A stretch of DNA of 63,870 nucleotides, the filler included, from Octopus bimaculoides (Eukaryota): the NCBI RefSeq assembly GCF_001194135.2. It is 4 parts of 4 records of this genome, joined end to end, with 100 filler letters (N's around TTAATTAATTAA, not from the genome) between each part and the next. Parts side by side here need not be neighbours in the genome. Positions count along the whole stretch, not along the records: positions 38,942 to 61,690 come from NC_068999.1; 3 more parts are not named here. One strand, given 5' to 3'. Under the pieces are notes generated by a model. It saw only the letters and a program-made list of their open reading frames with translations. It had not been told where the DNA came from and did no database searches. The stretch's first letter is position 1. Every line of letters begins with the position of its first letter. This document shows, piece after piece, positions 39,718 through 54,000 of this stretch. Made by a program: the position numbers and the translations under genes.

Positions 39718-42700
39718 GTAAGTTATTAAAAAAAAAGTGGACTTTAAAAATTTTTTGTTTAACATTTATTACAGATTAGACTGAAGCCTGGTGCAGTCAC
39801 CTGGCTTACTAGTCTTCAGTCAAACAGTCCAACCCATGCCAGCATGGAAAGCGGACATTAAATGATGATGATGATGATTATGATCTATTACATTAAATCT
39901 TCCTATTTTAATCTTCTTGTGTGTCCATCTCTAATGTTTTTACTATACATCCATCTGTTTCCATTAAATTGTTTGTCGGTAGAAGTTGTGGGTTTTAATT
40001 CCAGATTGAGTGCTGAGTTCTCATTCTTATCTTGCAAAGTTTCGTCAATAAAAAAAANNNNNNNNNNNNNNNNNNNNNNNNNNNNNNNNNNNNNNNNNNN
40101 NNNNNNNNNNNNNNNNNNNNNNNAATCTTATCTAAGGTATTTTTATTATTCTGCTGTAAACATTTCATGTTTACTGCAACTGAAGGATGCCAGGCTAGAT
40201 GCTTGACTGAGTATTCTGCTCTGCTTTTCATTGGATTAATAGAACAAGTGCCAATATTCTTTTCTGCTCTAGGCACAAGGCCTGAAATTTTTTTGTGAGG
40301 GGGCCAGTCGATTAGATTGACCCCAGTACTCAACTGGTGCTTAATTTATCGACCCTGAAAGGTAAAGTCGACCTCGGTGGAATCTGAACTCAGAATGTAA
40401 AGACAGATGAAATACTGCTAAGCATTTTGCCCGGCGTGCTAACGTTTCTGCCAGCTCACCGCCTTAGAACAAGTGCTAATATTGATGGTAGCATGGAAGG
40501 TGGTGATGGTGAGAAACAATAACCACATCTGACTAGTTATTTAATTGCTTTTATATATAGTTGAGGTGTGTTCTGTTAAGAATGCATAAGAGTATAAATA
40601 GAGCTAGTTCACCCTTAGAATTCCTAAATAGCCGGTAGTATTCTTATGGTATGCTACCAATTCTTGTCTTAGGTATTCCTCGTGTGTGAAAAAAAAAAAA
40701 AAAGTAAAAGAGTCAAAAGGAAGAGTAAGTACAGTTAGGCATCTTTTTAATCACTACAAATGTTTCGATATATACAAATCCTTGTATATACAGGATTTAA
40801 AGTTAAATTTAAATTGAATTTTGTAACGATTTACCTGTATAAGAAGATCTATATGTATCTCCTCAGGTGATACTCAGTTGCTGTCTCCATAAGTAAATAT
40901 AGATTTCCTTGCTACAACATCCATGGCTTCTTCTTTGAAACTAACAAACACCTACGGTTTCCATTCGCTCGTTATGGGTGTGTCATCGCATTCGACATGA
41001 GTTACAATCTGCACGTTGTCTGTTTGTTTATTCAGTTTCAACATGTTATTCTGCACATGCCAAACTGTTCCATTACGCAAAATACATTCATCCATTAGCT
41101 CATACTTACACAAATACACACACACTCACATGCAGACACTTACACCCATACATGCATATATATAAAAATATATGTACATGTATTCAGATGCACACATGCA
41201 TACATATTCTCACCTACATATCAATAAACACATTCACATCTATACATAGACGCTTATACATTTATCTACTCATTTTCATATACATAGTTATAGCGTTGAA
41301 CACTCCATCATAAATACTCCTATACATACGTGAAGGTGGTAAAAAATGGGTTTAGCGAGATAGAATAATAATTATAATTTATACACTGTTCCATCTGGAA
41401 AAGGCATATTTGGCATGGTGGTTACATCTTGGAATTCTCTTATGTTTATTCACTAGATTTTCATTACTCAGTAGAATACTCAGTGCTTCCTCAAGGCAAA
41501 GGTCACATTTTCCAGATAGTGAAGTACATGGATGTGCATTTTTCTTATTTTTAACCATTGTATTTGGTATTTAATTTTTGATTCTTTCAGTCCCCAAATG
41601 AAGTCTGCCAGCGAGGTTGTGTGCTGTCTATTTATTTTTCGGAATGACGACATGTGGTTTCGATAACGGACTTTGAATTGGTTTTCAGTGGCACCTATGT
41701 ACATGTAATTATGTTGATATGTGTAGATTATGCATTTATATACTATATTTTTTTTAGCACATTGGTTCAGGAGCGGGCATGTGGATTTTCTACAGCATTT
41801 GCAGTTAATCGTATTCTTATTATTCTTATGTTTATCTGGTGGCTTTTTGATTCTGTTTCCATGATGTTCTGTTTGATTTCTAGTACCCAAGGCTTTGTTT
41901 AATCAGTAATCTATGATATCCTTGGCACTTCTGGCTTTATTTAACATTTATTCATTGATTGTTGTGCTTACAATAAGTACAGAAGTCCACAACACTAAGT
42001 TCAAAACTGTTATAACTGAGTATTGTAATTTACTAATTTTATCTAAATTGAACATCATGAAACAATGTTCAACATTGAATTGGTAGTTACATTTGACAGT
42101 CCCAACCATGTGCAAGCATGCAAAATACAGGCATCAACATAAACATAACAATATCACATACATAGTATAAAGATACCATGTATATATTGACTGGATATCA
42201 TCATTTTTAATGTCTACTTTTCAATGCTTGCATGGATGGTGTTTATTGAGACAGCTTTTCTATGACCAGATGCCCTCTCTGTCACCAACTCTCACCTGTT
42301 TCCAAGCAAGATAATATTTCCCCTATGGCCAGACAGGATTTTGCAGAATATTGTAAATGAATAAGGGGAACACTCATTTTTAACTATCACTTGATATCAA
42401 GACAAGGATTCTGCAGAAAATAAAACAGAGAGAATAAGAGCTGTGGCTTAGAAGTTTGCTTCCCAACCCCATGGTTTTGGATTCAGTTCAACTTCTGCAA
42501 TAACACTGAGCTGACGTAAGTCTTGTGAATGAATTTGGTAGATGGAAACTGAAAAGCCTATCATATACATATATATACACACACATGACAGGCTTCTTTC
42601 AATTTCCATCTACCAAATCCACTTGCAAGTCTTTGGTTGGGGTGGGTCTATAAAAGCATATAGTTGCTCAAGGTGCTACACAGTGGGTCTGAATTCAAAG

Positions 42701-43868
42701 CCATGTGGTTGGAAAGCAAATTTTTTACCACACAGCCGCAGCTATACTTATTCCTCAGTGTCAAGCTATTTTGGACCCTTACCCTTAATATTAACTTTAT
42801 AGATGGACTTCACAGAACACAGTGATCTTGGTCTGTTTGATTTATTGAAATTGCTCAATTTACCACAGTTAATTGCAAGGAAGAAGTTAGGAACCCATTG
42901 TGGACTGGATGAATTACTATGATTAGCTAGAAAACTGAGTGTAGGAAGAAGTGAATACCCAGGAAACATCATGTCATCATTGATATCACTTTTATCATGA
43001 TCTTATGCTAAGATGCACTTTGATGGTTAGAAGTAACAAGATATGACTAAAAATAGTATACATGAAAAAGAAAGCTTGTTTTCTAGTTGGTTGCTCAATT
43101 CTATGTTATTAACAATGGCATGACTTAGTTTAAAAGTATGTAGTTGACCAACTTAGATACTTCAGCTAAAAATAGAGTTTGGGTTGTATTCTGTTTCTTC
43201 TCTAAATTTTAATTTTTTTTCTTATTTAGATAACTCAGAACATGTACCAGTTCCTTTGCCAAAAGTTTTGGAAACTGACTTCAGAAGGAAATGTGATATG
43301 ATCCCTAACTACATTACATGTACCAATTGTTCAGATGTCCTCTGTGAACCAACAGCTGTAACCAACCATATCAATAACCATCACATTGTTAAATGTGTAT
43401 CTAAAAAATCACTTGTAAGCTGAAAATCATTTTCTTCTGTTTCCCTTCTTAGTTTTAAAAAAGATTTTACTTGTATTTATTGTGAATTTTTAAAATTTTT
43501 CTCTTGTTCAGATTTACCACACCATAGATTTCTCATCATTACAAATCAGTTCTGTTTTCTTTTATTCATTTATTTATTTATTTATTTATTACTTGGCATT
43601 ACTTGTAAACAATAACCATTTTTTGATAAATGTAATCATTTTTAATGCCCGCTTTTCCATGCTTGCATAGGTCAGATAAAATTTGTAGAAGCAGATTTTT
43701 TTTTCCTGTTGCCAGCCTTCACCTGCTTCCAAATAAAAGAATTTTTCCCCATGACAGAACATGTTCTCATAGAAGCTTGGAAATGGTCACCCTTTGTATG
43801 ACGGTGACACTTGTTTACAACAGTCACACAATGTCAAGACAAGGAGACATCAAACTCACACACATATG

Positions 43869-43913
<45 letters not shown>

Positions 43914-44044
43914 TCATCGTTTAACGTCCGCTTTCCATGCTAGCATGGGTTGGACGATTTGACTGAGGACTGATGAAACCAGATGGCTACACCAGGCTCC
44001 AATCTGATTTGGCAGAGTTTCTACAGCTCGATGCCCTTCCTAAC

Positions 44045-44113
<69 letters not shown>

Positions 44114-45054
44114 CATCGTTTAACGTCCTCTTCCCATGCTGGCATAGGTTGGACAGTTTGACATGAAGCTGGCTAGCAGGGAGCTGTCCAGACTCCAACT
44201 GTTCGTTGTGACATAGTTTCTACAGTTGGATGCCCTTCCTAATGCCAACCACTTAACAGTGTGCTGGGACATTTTATGTGCCACTGGCACAGATGCTTTT
44301 TAAGTGACACTGCACCTGAAAGACTTAGCTTGGCACCTCTTATCAAGTACAGCAAATCACCACATCTCCTGGTTCCTTGTCATTTCTCCAGTGAGGCCTA
44401 GCATCTGAAAATCCTTTCTCACCACTTCGTCCCACATCTTCCTTGGTCTACCCCTTCCATAGGTACCCTCCACAATTAGAGCTACACTTTGTCGTGCATG
44501 CACACTGACATTACTCATTCGGCAGAGCATGCTAGCTTCAGTTCTTTCAAGTCTTTGCAGATCCTCTGTAGTCAAAGGCCATGTTTCATTGCCACGTAAC
44601 ATAGCTGTAAGTACACAGGCATCATACAATCTACCTTTATCTCTAAAGGAGAGGAAAGGTAGTTCTTTGAATTTTGCCCAGCCTGTTCTTATCCTAGCAA
44701 CTGCACTTTCAGAACTTCTTCCACCACTGCTAACTTGGTCTCCTAGGTAACAGAAGCTATCTACTACCTCTAATGATTCCTCTGAGCATTTGAGGGAGCC
44801 TATTATCTCCATCATCATCATTTAACGTCTGCTTTCCATGCTAGCATGGGTTGGACAATTTGACTGAGGACTGGCAAGCCAGAAGGCTGCACCAGGTTCC
44901 AATCTGATCTGGCAGAGTTTCCACAGCTGGATGCCCTTCCTAACGCCAACCACTCTGAAAGTGTAGTGGGTGCTTTTACATGCCACCGGCACGAGGGCCA
45001 GTCACACGGTACTAGCAATGGCAACACTCAAAAAGGTGGCACACAAAAATCTCC

Positions 45055-45086
<32 letters not shown>

Positions 45087-48000
45087 ATGAGCTTCTTTTA
45101 GTTTCCATCTACCAAATCCACTCACAAGGCTTTGGTTAATCTTAGGCTAGAGTAAAAGATTTTTCCTCAAAATACTACTGAACCAGCAACCAGGTGGTTG
45201 GCAAGCAAGTTTCTTAACTATGGCGCCATGCTTGTGCCTAATATGAAAAAATCTTAACACAAGTGTAGTCAGACATCTTGGTTTTATCCATTGCAGATGT
45301 TGCCAACCAACAAATTATATTATTTTGAAAGATTATCATTTCTGGTTGTCTAACAGCTATTTTCATTAAAACCTCTCAGTATTATTGACACTCTTATCAG
45401 TTCCTGTAACTACTTTTTACAAAACAAAGAAGCTCTTGACTAGTTGTTTGATCTGCTAGAAATTGCTGCCAACTATCCCTCAAATTATGTATAATGTAGC
45501 CATAGATACACTCTGTCTAAATAATAGACTGGATGACCTAGACTGCAGTTCTTTCACTTTACTTGCCCATACTATCACATTGTGAAACTGAATTTGATGC
45601 TATATGGTTAAGAAGGAATCTTCTTAACAACACAACCATGCTTGTACCTATCTATAACATTTAGTTATGTTTCTGCTAACATTTACTTTAACCCTTTTGT
45701 TACTAACCCAGCCGTAGCTGGCCGAAAAATTTTTTGGTTCATAAGACTAACCCGGCCATAGCCGGCCGAGTGTACCCATTGTTATTTAAATGTATATTTG
45801 AATCCAAATCTCATTAGAACATTCGTTAAAACACCTGATTTCACTTTGCAAACAGTTGAGTTATTGTCTCCGACGTTGTTTGGCATGATATTTGAACTCA
45901 GTGAATTTTAGAAGATTTTTTCCACATTTTTTGCGGCGTTAATTTTTTCAACTTTGAAGATGGAGAGGAGTTTCATGCTATCAAGCAGTGATTCCGAATT
46001 TGAAGGCTTTTCAACAGAAGATATGGAGATATCGAAGAAAAGAATGAATGAGCTACAAAAGCACGTGGAAATGTCCTCAGACCCAACCAATAATTCTTTA
46101 TTTGTTTAAAGACTGACTCGTTTTTCTCTAAGAAATTGAAGTATTTTCTTTTAATTTCAAGTGTCAATAACTCTCTTTTGATCATTCCGTCTTATTGAAA
46201 TTAATGGAAATGATTTATCATCTCTCTCTCTCTCTCTCCCTCTGTACTTTTCCTACTAAATGTGAGTAGCCATGCAGATCTACTACAAGAACTTGCTCTG
46301 ACCTTCCCCCTTCTCACAGTTTAATCCCTTGTCCTTTAGCATGAAACTGAACCTTTACCTCCACCTCCCAGTTTTGTAGTCCTACAAGCTGCATGGTGAT
46401 TTCTATTGTGGAGGTGGCATGAAAAATAAGCGCTCAGTATGCACTGAAAAGTGGTTGATGTTAGGAAAGACATCCAGCCATAGAACCCATGCCAAAGCAG
46501 ACATTAGAGCATGACGCAGTCCTTGGACCCATCAGATCCTGTCAAACCATCCAACCCATGCCAGCATAGAACATGGACGTTAAATGATGATGATTTTACT
46601 CTATACTTTCTGCTCTATCATTACCATCAGATATAGTCCGTGATTGTGTACCTTGTATCAGATTGTGAACAATAACACTCTTTGTAACAGGTTTTTAATG
46701 ATTAGTCACTGGTCTACTGCATTTCTGAGAGTGAGAGTAACAAGATGAAATATAACTTGATCCATAACAAATATTGCATGTGATTTTGAATAGAGAACAC
46801 TTTTCTTTGGTTACTTCACTGATATTTGTATCTTTCACCGATTTGTTGAATGGTGGGGAAGGCTTTTTCAGGGTACCATGTTTAGTAATTTGGTGGTCAC
46901 TTAGGAAACTAGTTATAGATGAATGGCTTGCTAGTGCTGTACATGCTATATACAAAGTTGCAGTAAGTTAAATGAGAGTCAGCAATGATTTCAGTGACAA
47001 AATTAGAGTGAAGAAAGAGTTCATGAAGGTTCAATACTTAGTCTCCACCTATTCATCATAGTCCTGGAGACCATAGCAGGGGAGTTTAAGATTGGCTGTC
47101 CACGGGAACTCCTATTTGCTGACGATCTAGTTCTCATAGTTGAAACAATAGTAGAATTAGAAAAGAAATTTCAGGCATAGAAGCTAAACCTAGAACTTGA
47201 GGTAAACTTAGCAAAGACTAAGGTTTTAGTAAGTGGAAAAGACAAGACTCTGGTATCTTTAGGAAATATCCTTGCTCAATATGCAGAAAAGTAAGTATAA
47301 ATTTTATATGTTGTATCCAATGTAAGCAATAACCACTCAACAGGTGTAATGATCACAGATAGGTTATAAGAAAAATTAAGCTTCATATGTGACAAATGCA
47401 CTGAAGTATCATATACTAGGGCATACCAGAAACAGATTCTCTTAAATATCTGGATGGCTTACTAGCAGTCAATAGCTTTTGTTACCTAGGAAGTGTAAGT
47501 AGCAAGTTAGGTGGTTGCTCTCAACGTATGGTAGCCAAGGTAAGAATGGGTTGGAGAAAGTTCAGAGAGCTACTATCGCTGCTGGTAACATCTTTTCTCC
47601 TTAGAGTGAAGGGCAGATTGTATGACCCTTGTATTAGATCTGCAATGAGCCTTGAATGCTGAGAACTTCAGAAAACTGAAAAGAAATGAAGTTAGCATGC
47701 TGCATTAGATGTGTGATTGTAAGTGCACATGAATGACAAAGTACAAGTCTGTCAAGTGGACATGTGGTGTGTATATCTTGGAGTCTTTCAATTTCATTCC
47801 AAAAGTGGTTCTTAAGTGTAAAGAACTATCTACTGAATTACAGTTTAAGTAGCTGAGTATTTCCAAAACACTTCAACTCTTGACACAAATAATTAAGCAG
47901 AATAGGTATGACACTGCAAGTGAAGACTGAGCCCTCAAATCACAAATAAAGACATTTTAGTGGACTTATTCTGTTTTCCATCTATCCAGTTTTATTTACA

Positions 48001-51000
48001 AATCTTGAGTCAACAGAAAGCTATGACAGATGGAATCAAACTTGGAAACTGTTGATTTTAAAATGTGCTTCTTAACCACTTGACCATGTTCTTTTAATTT
48101 TAACCTTGGCAACTCTTAATTTTCATTAGTATTGTGCAATTAATTACATTACATAACATACTCTGTAGCAGTACTTTGGTAGTAGAACATACCCACATGC
48201 TCATGAACATTTATTTTTCTTATCTTCAGATATAATTTTTTATTCAAAAATCTGTTTTTGGTTAAACCTTGGGTTTAGTCCTAAAAACATACCCTATGGC
48301 TTTTCATATTTTCATTCATGCTTCATATCTACATGTTTTGCTTTGTTTAAAATGTAAGAATATGAATTTTATTTTATTTTGCAGAAAGACATATTCTCAA
48401 ATTATCTAGGAGATATAACCTGTTCTAGTTGCCAGCAAATATTCCATAAAAGTACCAATAGAATTATTGGCATGAAACATCAGTGTACTTTCGATAAAAG
48501 TGGTATTCTTTTGAAAAACAATTGCAAATCTTTTCGAGAATTTGTTTTGCGAAGCAGTTTAAGTTTACATTTTCTAAATTTGCTCATTACATCTGCTGAT
48601 TTAGTATTACAGAACCCCAAGGCCAATTGCCACCACAACAATTTAAAAACAAATTTGAAAGTACCTTCAAAACGACGCAGAGTTAAAGCCTCTGTGAGTT
48701 TGAGTAATTTTACCTGCAACAATAAATCATCAACACAATTTCCATTTAGTTCAAAACAGTTTAACCCACCAACTATTTGGAGTACTCAGGATCTTGATTG
48801 TTACAGAGAGAAGAGCGAGTTGATAAATAAACTGACACAAATGAAACATATAATTTTCCTTGACCTGGATAACTGGACAGGCATTTTCAAACATGTTCAT
48901 CATTACTTCCCTAATGAAACTTTTCTTTGGGCATTTTATGGGGCTAAAACAAAATGGTTTCCACCAAAGAGGTTAGTTATTTTGGATTTCTTTTACAAAT
49001 GTTTTTCTTGTTTAATCCTTGGTTAGCCTCATTGAGCAAGCTTTATGTTCAAAGATGCTCCAATTGTGGCCATCCTATTTTTACATTAAGACATAGTATA
49101 TCTAGGACTGCATTATTCTTGTGTCTTTCTTTTTTTAAGATAATATTGTGTAACTTGAGTATGATTTAGCCATTATTTCTAATGGGCCAAGCAACCACAT
49201 AGAAGCTCCTAATTAGGTTGTTCTAAATTTTGTTGTTGGTATTGATGTTCTTTGTTTGTGTTCACCATTTGTAGCTATTGTCTGAAGACAAAGAACAAGA
49301 AATATTATAACTAGCATGTCAATTACATATGTAAAGAAAAACAATCAGCTGCAACAAAGAAAGGCACCCAGATAAAGCCAGAGATGAGGACTACTTTCGC
49401 AAAATGAACAATAATTTTAAAAGTTGTCTTACTCTCAAAGGGTTGTTTACCAAACAAGCTAAACAAATAGAAGGGGTTGGTTGTCCTTTAAACTTTGCAA
49501 AGTGTGGAAAACCACATACTATTTGTGAAACTCTTCTCTTACCAGCTACAAATGAAGTTTGGATACTATGAATTTCCTAGGTTAAAGTGCTGTAACAGCA
49601 TCAGTTCCTCTCGGTAATAGTACTGTAGTGGCAAGAACAGATGACATGGCAAAAGATACAGAAAGTAAATTATGTGATGCTTTAAAAAACAAATAATTTT
49701 TTTTTACAATGTAATGAGTCGACTTTATGCAACAATAAATCTTTGGTAATGGCCTACATCCATTATGTAAATTCAAATCAGAAAATTATCGAAGAACTTC
49801 TGTTTGCTGAAAAAGTGGTACTTGACAAAAAGTTCTACAATTTTTTAGGTTGTTAAAGATTTTTTTTAATGTTAAGAATATTCCTCTCACAAATATTATT
49901 GCATTTGCAACAGATGGAGCACCAGTTATGATAGGCCATTATTGTAGATTTATAGCACGTTTAAAGGACGCAGTTCCACATATATTTGTAGTTCATTGTG
50001 TTGTTCATGAGACCACTTGGCTGCAAAACATCTTAGTGGTAGACTTCATAACACATTGAATGATGTAATTAAAACAGTAAATAAAATCAAGGCCCATTCA
50101 CTAAATGACTGTACCTTTCAGAAGCTTTGCCATGATAAAGAAGAAAAATTTAAGCACCTGTTGTTTCATACTGAAGTGCAATAGTTGTTTTTGAATGAAA
50201 ACTGTTTAAAGTGTTATGAGCGGTCTAATACTGTTTTAGAATTTCTCGATTCATATGATGACATGTGTAATAAATTAAGCAATGAAAGAGTTGATGTTGC
50301 ATATCTTTCTGATATTTTCACTAAATTAAATGAGGTTAACATAACATTAAGTTACAAGGAAATATGAATTTAATTAAAGCAAAGATAAATATAAATGCAT
50401 TTATCAGCAAATTATTGAGAAAAAATTTTCTATATTTTCCAAGCCTACACATAAAAGAAAACAATGATAGCAACTTGATATTAGATACAGATATAAATTG
50501 CTATTGTTCTCATCTGCAGACACTGAAAGAATATTTAATGATAAGGTTTAAAGATTTTACTGATTTTAAAGTACATGATTGGGTCTTAAATCCCTTTTTG
50601 ATGTCAACCAAGTTTACATGAAAAAATCAGCATCTTAAAAAATGATTTTGAAGCTTAATATATTTTCAACAGCTTGGTTAGGAATCATTCTGGCCTAAAA
50701 TGCAAAGCAAGTATACTCAAATTTGGCAAGAAATTAAATTACTGTTCATTGCTTTTCTTTCTTCATACTTAGTAGAGAAAGGATTCAGTGTGGTGTCACA
50801 ATTTCTAACTAAGCAATGAAAGAAATTAGCAATAAGTCAGAGGAGACTTACAACTTCTTTTGACTAACATTGAACCTGAAATAGAAAATTTAGCTAGCTC
50901 TCATTAGGCACAGAAAAATCATTAACTTGCAAACTTTTGTCTTTATTAATTTTTTATCATTTCACTGTTAAAAATGAATTGTAATATACAGTCCATTTTT

Positions 51001-54000
51001 TTGAATAAGATATATAACTTATCATCTATGTTAAGATAGTTTAGTCATGTATCTCACTTGCCATGTTGGTAGGTACTAGACATAACAGCTACTTAAAATG
51101 GGGCAAGCAAAAAATAGGTTAAGAACTACTGATGTAGAGGCTCAACAGCTGTTCAAAGCTAAAGTAGTTCCTGATTTGATAAGAAAGCTCAGCCTTTAAG
51201 ATTAAGTTTTAGCTATGTTATCAATATGTTGCAGCTATGAGAGATCATTACTATAACCTGCCTTTATGAATTTATGACTTTGTGCCAATGTAAAATATTA
51301 TTCTACCTTTATTGTTTTTTATATACAAACAAATCATCATCATCATTTAACGTCCGCTTTCCATGCTAGCATGAGTTGAATGATTTGACTGAGGACTGGT
51401 GAACCAGATGGCTATACCAGGCTCCAATCTGATTTGGCAGAGTTTCTACAGCTGGATGTCCTTCCTAACACCAACCACTCTGAGAGTGTAGTGGGTGCTT
51501 TTATGTGCCACTGGCACGAAGGCCAGTCAGGAGGTGCTGGCAATGGCCACGCTCGAAATGGTGTATTTTACGTGCTACCTGCACAGGAGCCAGTCCAGCG
51601 GTACTGGCAATGAACTTGCTCGAATGTCTTTTCACGTGCCACTGGCACAAGTGCCAGGGAGGCAACGTTGGTAACGATCACGCTCAAATGGTGCTATTTA
51701 CGTGCCACCAGCACGGAAGCCAGACTGCTGGTGCTCTGGCAACGATCATGCTCGGACGGTGCTCTTAGTGATTTCCTGGTACAGGTGCCATCACGATTTC
51801 GCTTTCGCTTGCCCCAACAGGTCTTCGCAAGCTGAGTTTAGTGTTCAATGAAGAGACGTTGGTATGGGTGCCAGTCTACAAATTTAGTTTGATTTCGATT
51901 TCACTTGCCTCAACAGAGCAACTAAGTGATTCACTGTTCAATCTTCCACATGTTTCATTCCATAATACAATATCTATTACATTAAAGTACTAACAACAGA
52001 TTCCTGAGTATTAAAAAAAATCTGTTACACAATAGAAAGAGGATGGTAAGGGTGCGTGTGCAAGAGAAAGATAGAGATTTGAATGAATGCTTCAGCATGC
52101 ATACAGATAACAACAAGCTGTAGGTATGAGAGAGTCGGGGATGTGTATATATGGCATACACTCAGATGATAATTAGCTGTGGGTATATAAGAAAGGGGTA
52201 AGGTATGCACATGCCATAAGTGTTTATATGTGCCAACCATATAATGATCAAGTGCTTCTCAAATTATTTTTCTTATTGAAATGGTATTTTGTCTGTTACA
52301 ACAGACAATGATCATAGGGCATGACAGCAAGAATTGAATGGAGACAGGCAGAAAAGATAGTGGGAAAGACTGGGTGAAGTCCAAAGAAAAGAAATAAGAA
52401 TTAGGAATAAAGAGAGGAGAATCAGTAATGGTGAAAAGCATTAACTTGGAAGAAAAGGAATGAAATTAATGCAAGAAATGTAGCTGGAAGGTGTCATATG
52501 AAGAATGTTGAAGCTGAAGCTAATAAGGAAAGGAATGAGAATTATTAATCAAGAAAGAAAAATGACGACAGACAATATTTTTTTTAAAAAAGCAGAATGA
52601 GGAAGCAGGCTAGAAAAGAAAACATGACCAGAGAGAATAGACAAGATTCCCTAGAATTTAATTAAAGAATTATGAAGGGAATGACAGGATGATATTACTG
52701 AGTGGGGGGGGGGTGTTATGGTCAGCACCACCACAAAATGGATTGTGGAACTTCCAAGTGTACTTCTAGTATGTTTTAAGCATAGAAATATACTTTTGTA
52801 TACTTGATTTTTTTTCTTCAATCTCTATAGAAGTGGCATTTAGGGTCTTCAAGTATGGGAGCATCTAACTTAGGTTTTAAGCAATTAGCAAGAATCCCCA
52901 TTTCTGATAAAAGCTCTGAACTACATAAGATGATTTTATTAACATCAATATTTTGTCAACATCCAATGTGTTTATTTTTATATGTTCTGAAACTGAAGTT
53001 TTGTGGGGAAATTCTTCTTCTTGAAAATGTATCAGACATTTTTTTTTTACTGAAACAAACAAAAAACATGAAACAATGTTTGTTGATATTAAATTCAAAA
53101 ATAGTAAACTATTAATGGCACTGAGAATTATGGTAGCGAACTTTAGAAGACATCTATTAAAAAAAGGTTTGCATTAATTATACGAAAATAAGCATCACTG
53201 ATAGTAAACTGTAATATTAGCAATAATACCATTAGAAGCATCAGCTATATCTTTTGCAACAACAATAACAAAAATAATAAATACAACAAAGGTGCAGGCA
53301 TGGCTTTGTGATTGAGAAGCTTGCTTCCCAACCATGTGGTTTCAGGTTCAGTCCCACTGTGCAGCACTTTGGGCATGTGTCTTCTGCTATATCCCCGGGC
53401 TTACCAAAGCCTTGTAAGTGGATTTGGTTGATGGAAATTGAAAGAAGGCTGTCGTCTGTGTATGTTTGCATGTACCCTTATCTAGACATCATGTGCTTGT
53501 TGTAAATGAGCATCATTGTTATACAAGCGAGTTTTTTTCCAGTCTTCTGTGAAAAACATGTCTAACTATGGGAAAATATTACCTTGCTTGGAAACAGGTA
53601 AGGGTTGGTGACAGGAAGGGCATATGTCCATAGAAAATCTGCCTCAACAAATTCAGACTGATTCATACAAGCATGGAAAAGTGGATGCTAACTGATGATG
53701 AACAAAGGATAACAGTGACAATAGTGTTATTCTTTTTTATTTACTTTATTAGTGTCTCTGCTTTCCATGCTGGCATGGGTTAGATGCTTTGACTGAAACT
53801 GGTAAGCTGGAGGGCTGCAGCAAGTTCCAATCAGATTGGAACCTAGTGCAGTTCTCCAGCTTACTAGTTTCAGTCAAACTGTCTAACCCATGCCAGCATC
53901 AATGTAAAAAGGAAAGTGATGGTTGATTCCACACCAGTATTAACAACAACACTGGAGCTTCTTTGGAATTTCTTGATCTCAAATATTTCTATTGTCATCA

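Noticed and set aside
40923-40977. ATG-initiated phase-1 mini-exon (MASSLKLTNTYGFHSLVM) as first exon
   Set aside because: The exon at 39543-39717 has a stronger donor, the same phase and a ZNF451-like finger, so this stretch is intronic. An alternative start cannot be fully excluded.
47804-47820. aagtggttcttaag as left TIR of the hAT element, which would enclose a host exon
   Set aside because: Only a partial match and no atgtagag duplication beside it.
48972-49026. Read-through of ORF 48379-49026 to its own stop
   Set aside because: A GT donor at 48972 joins in frame to the conserved PIN continuation; the extra residues are intronic.
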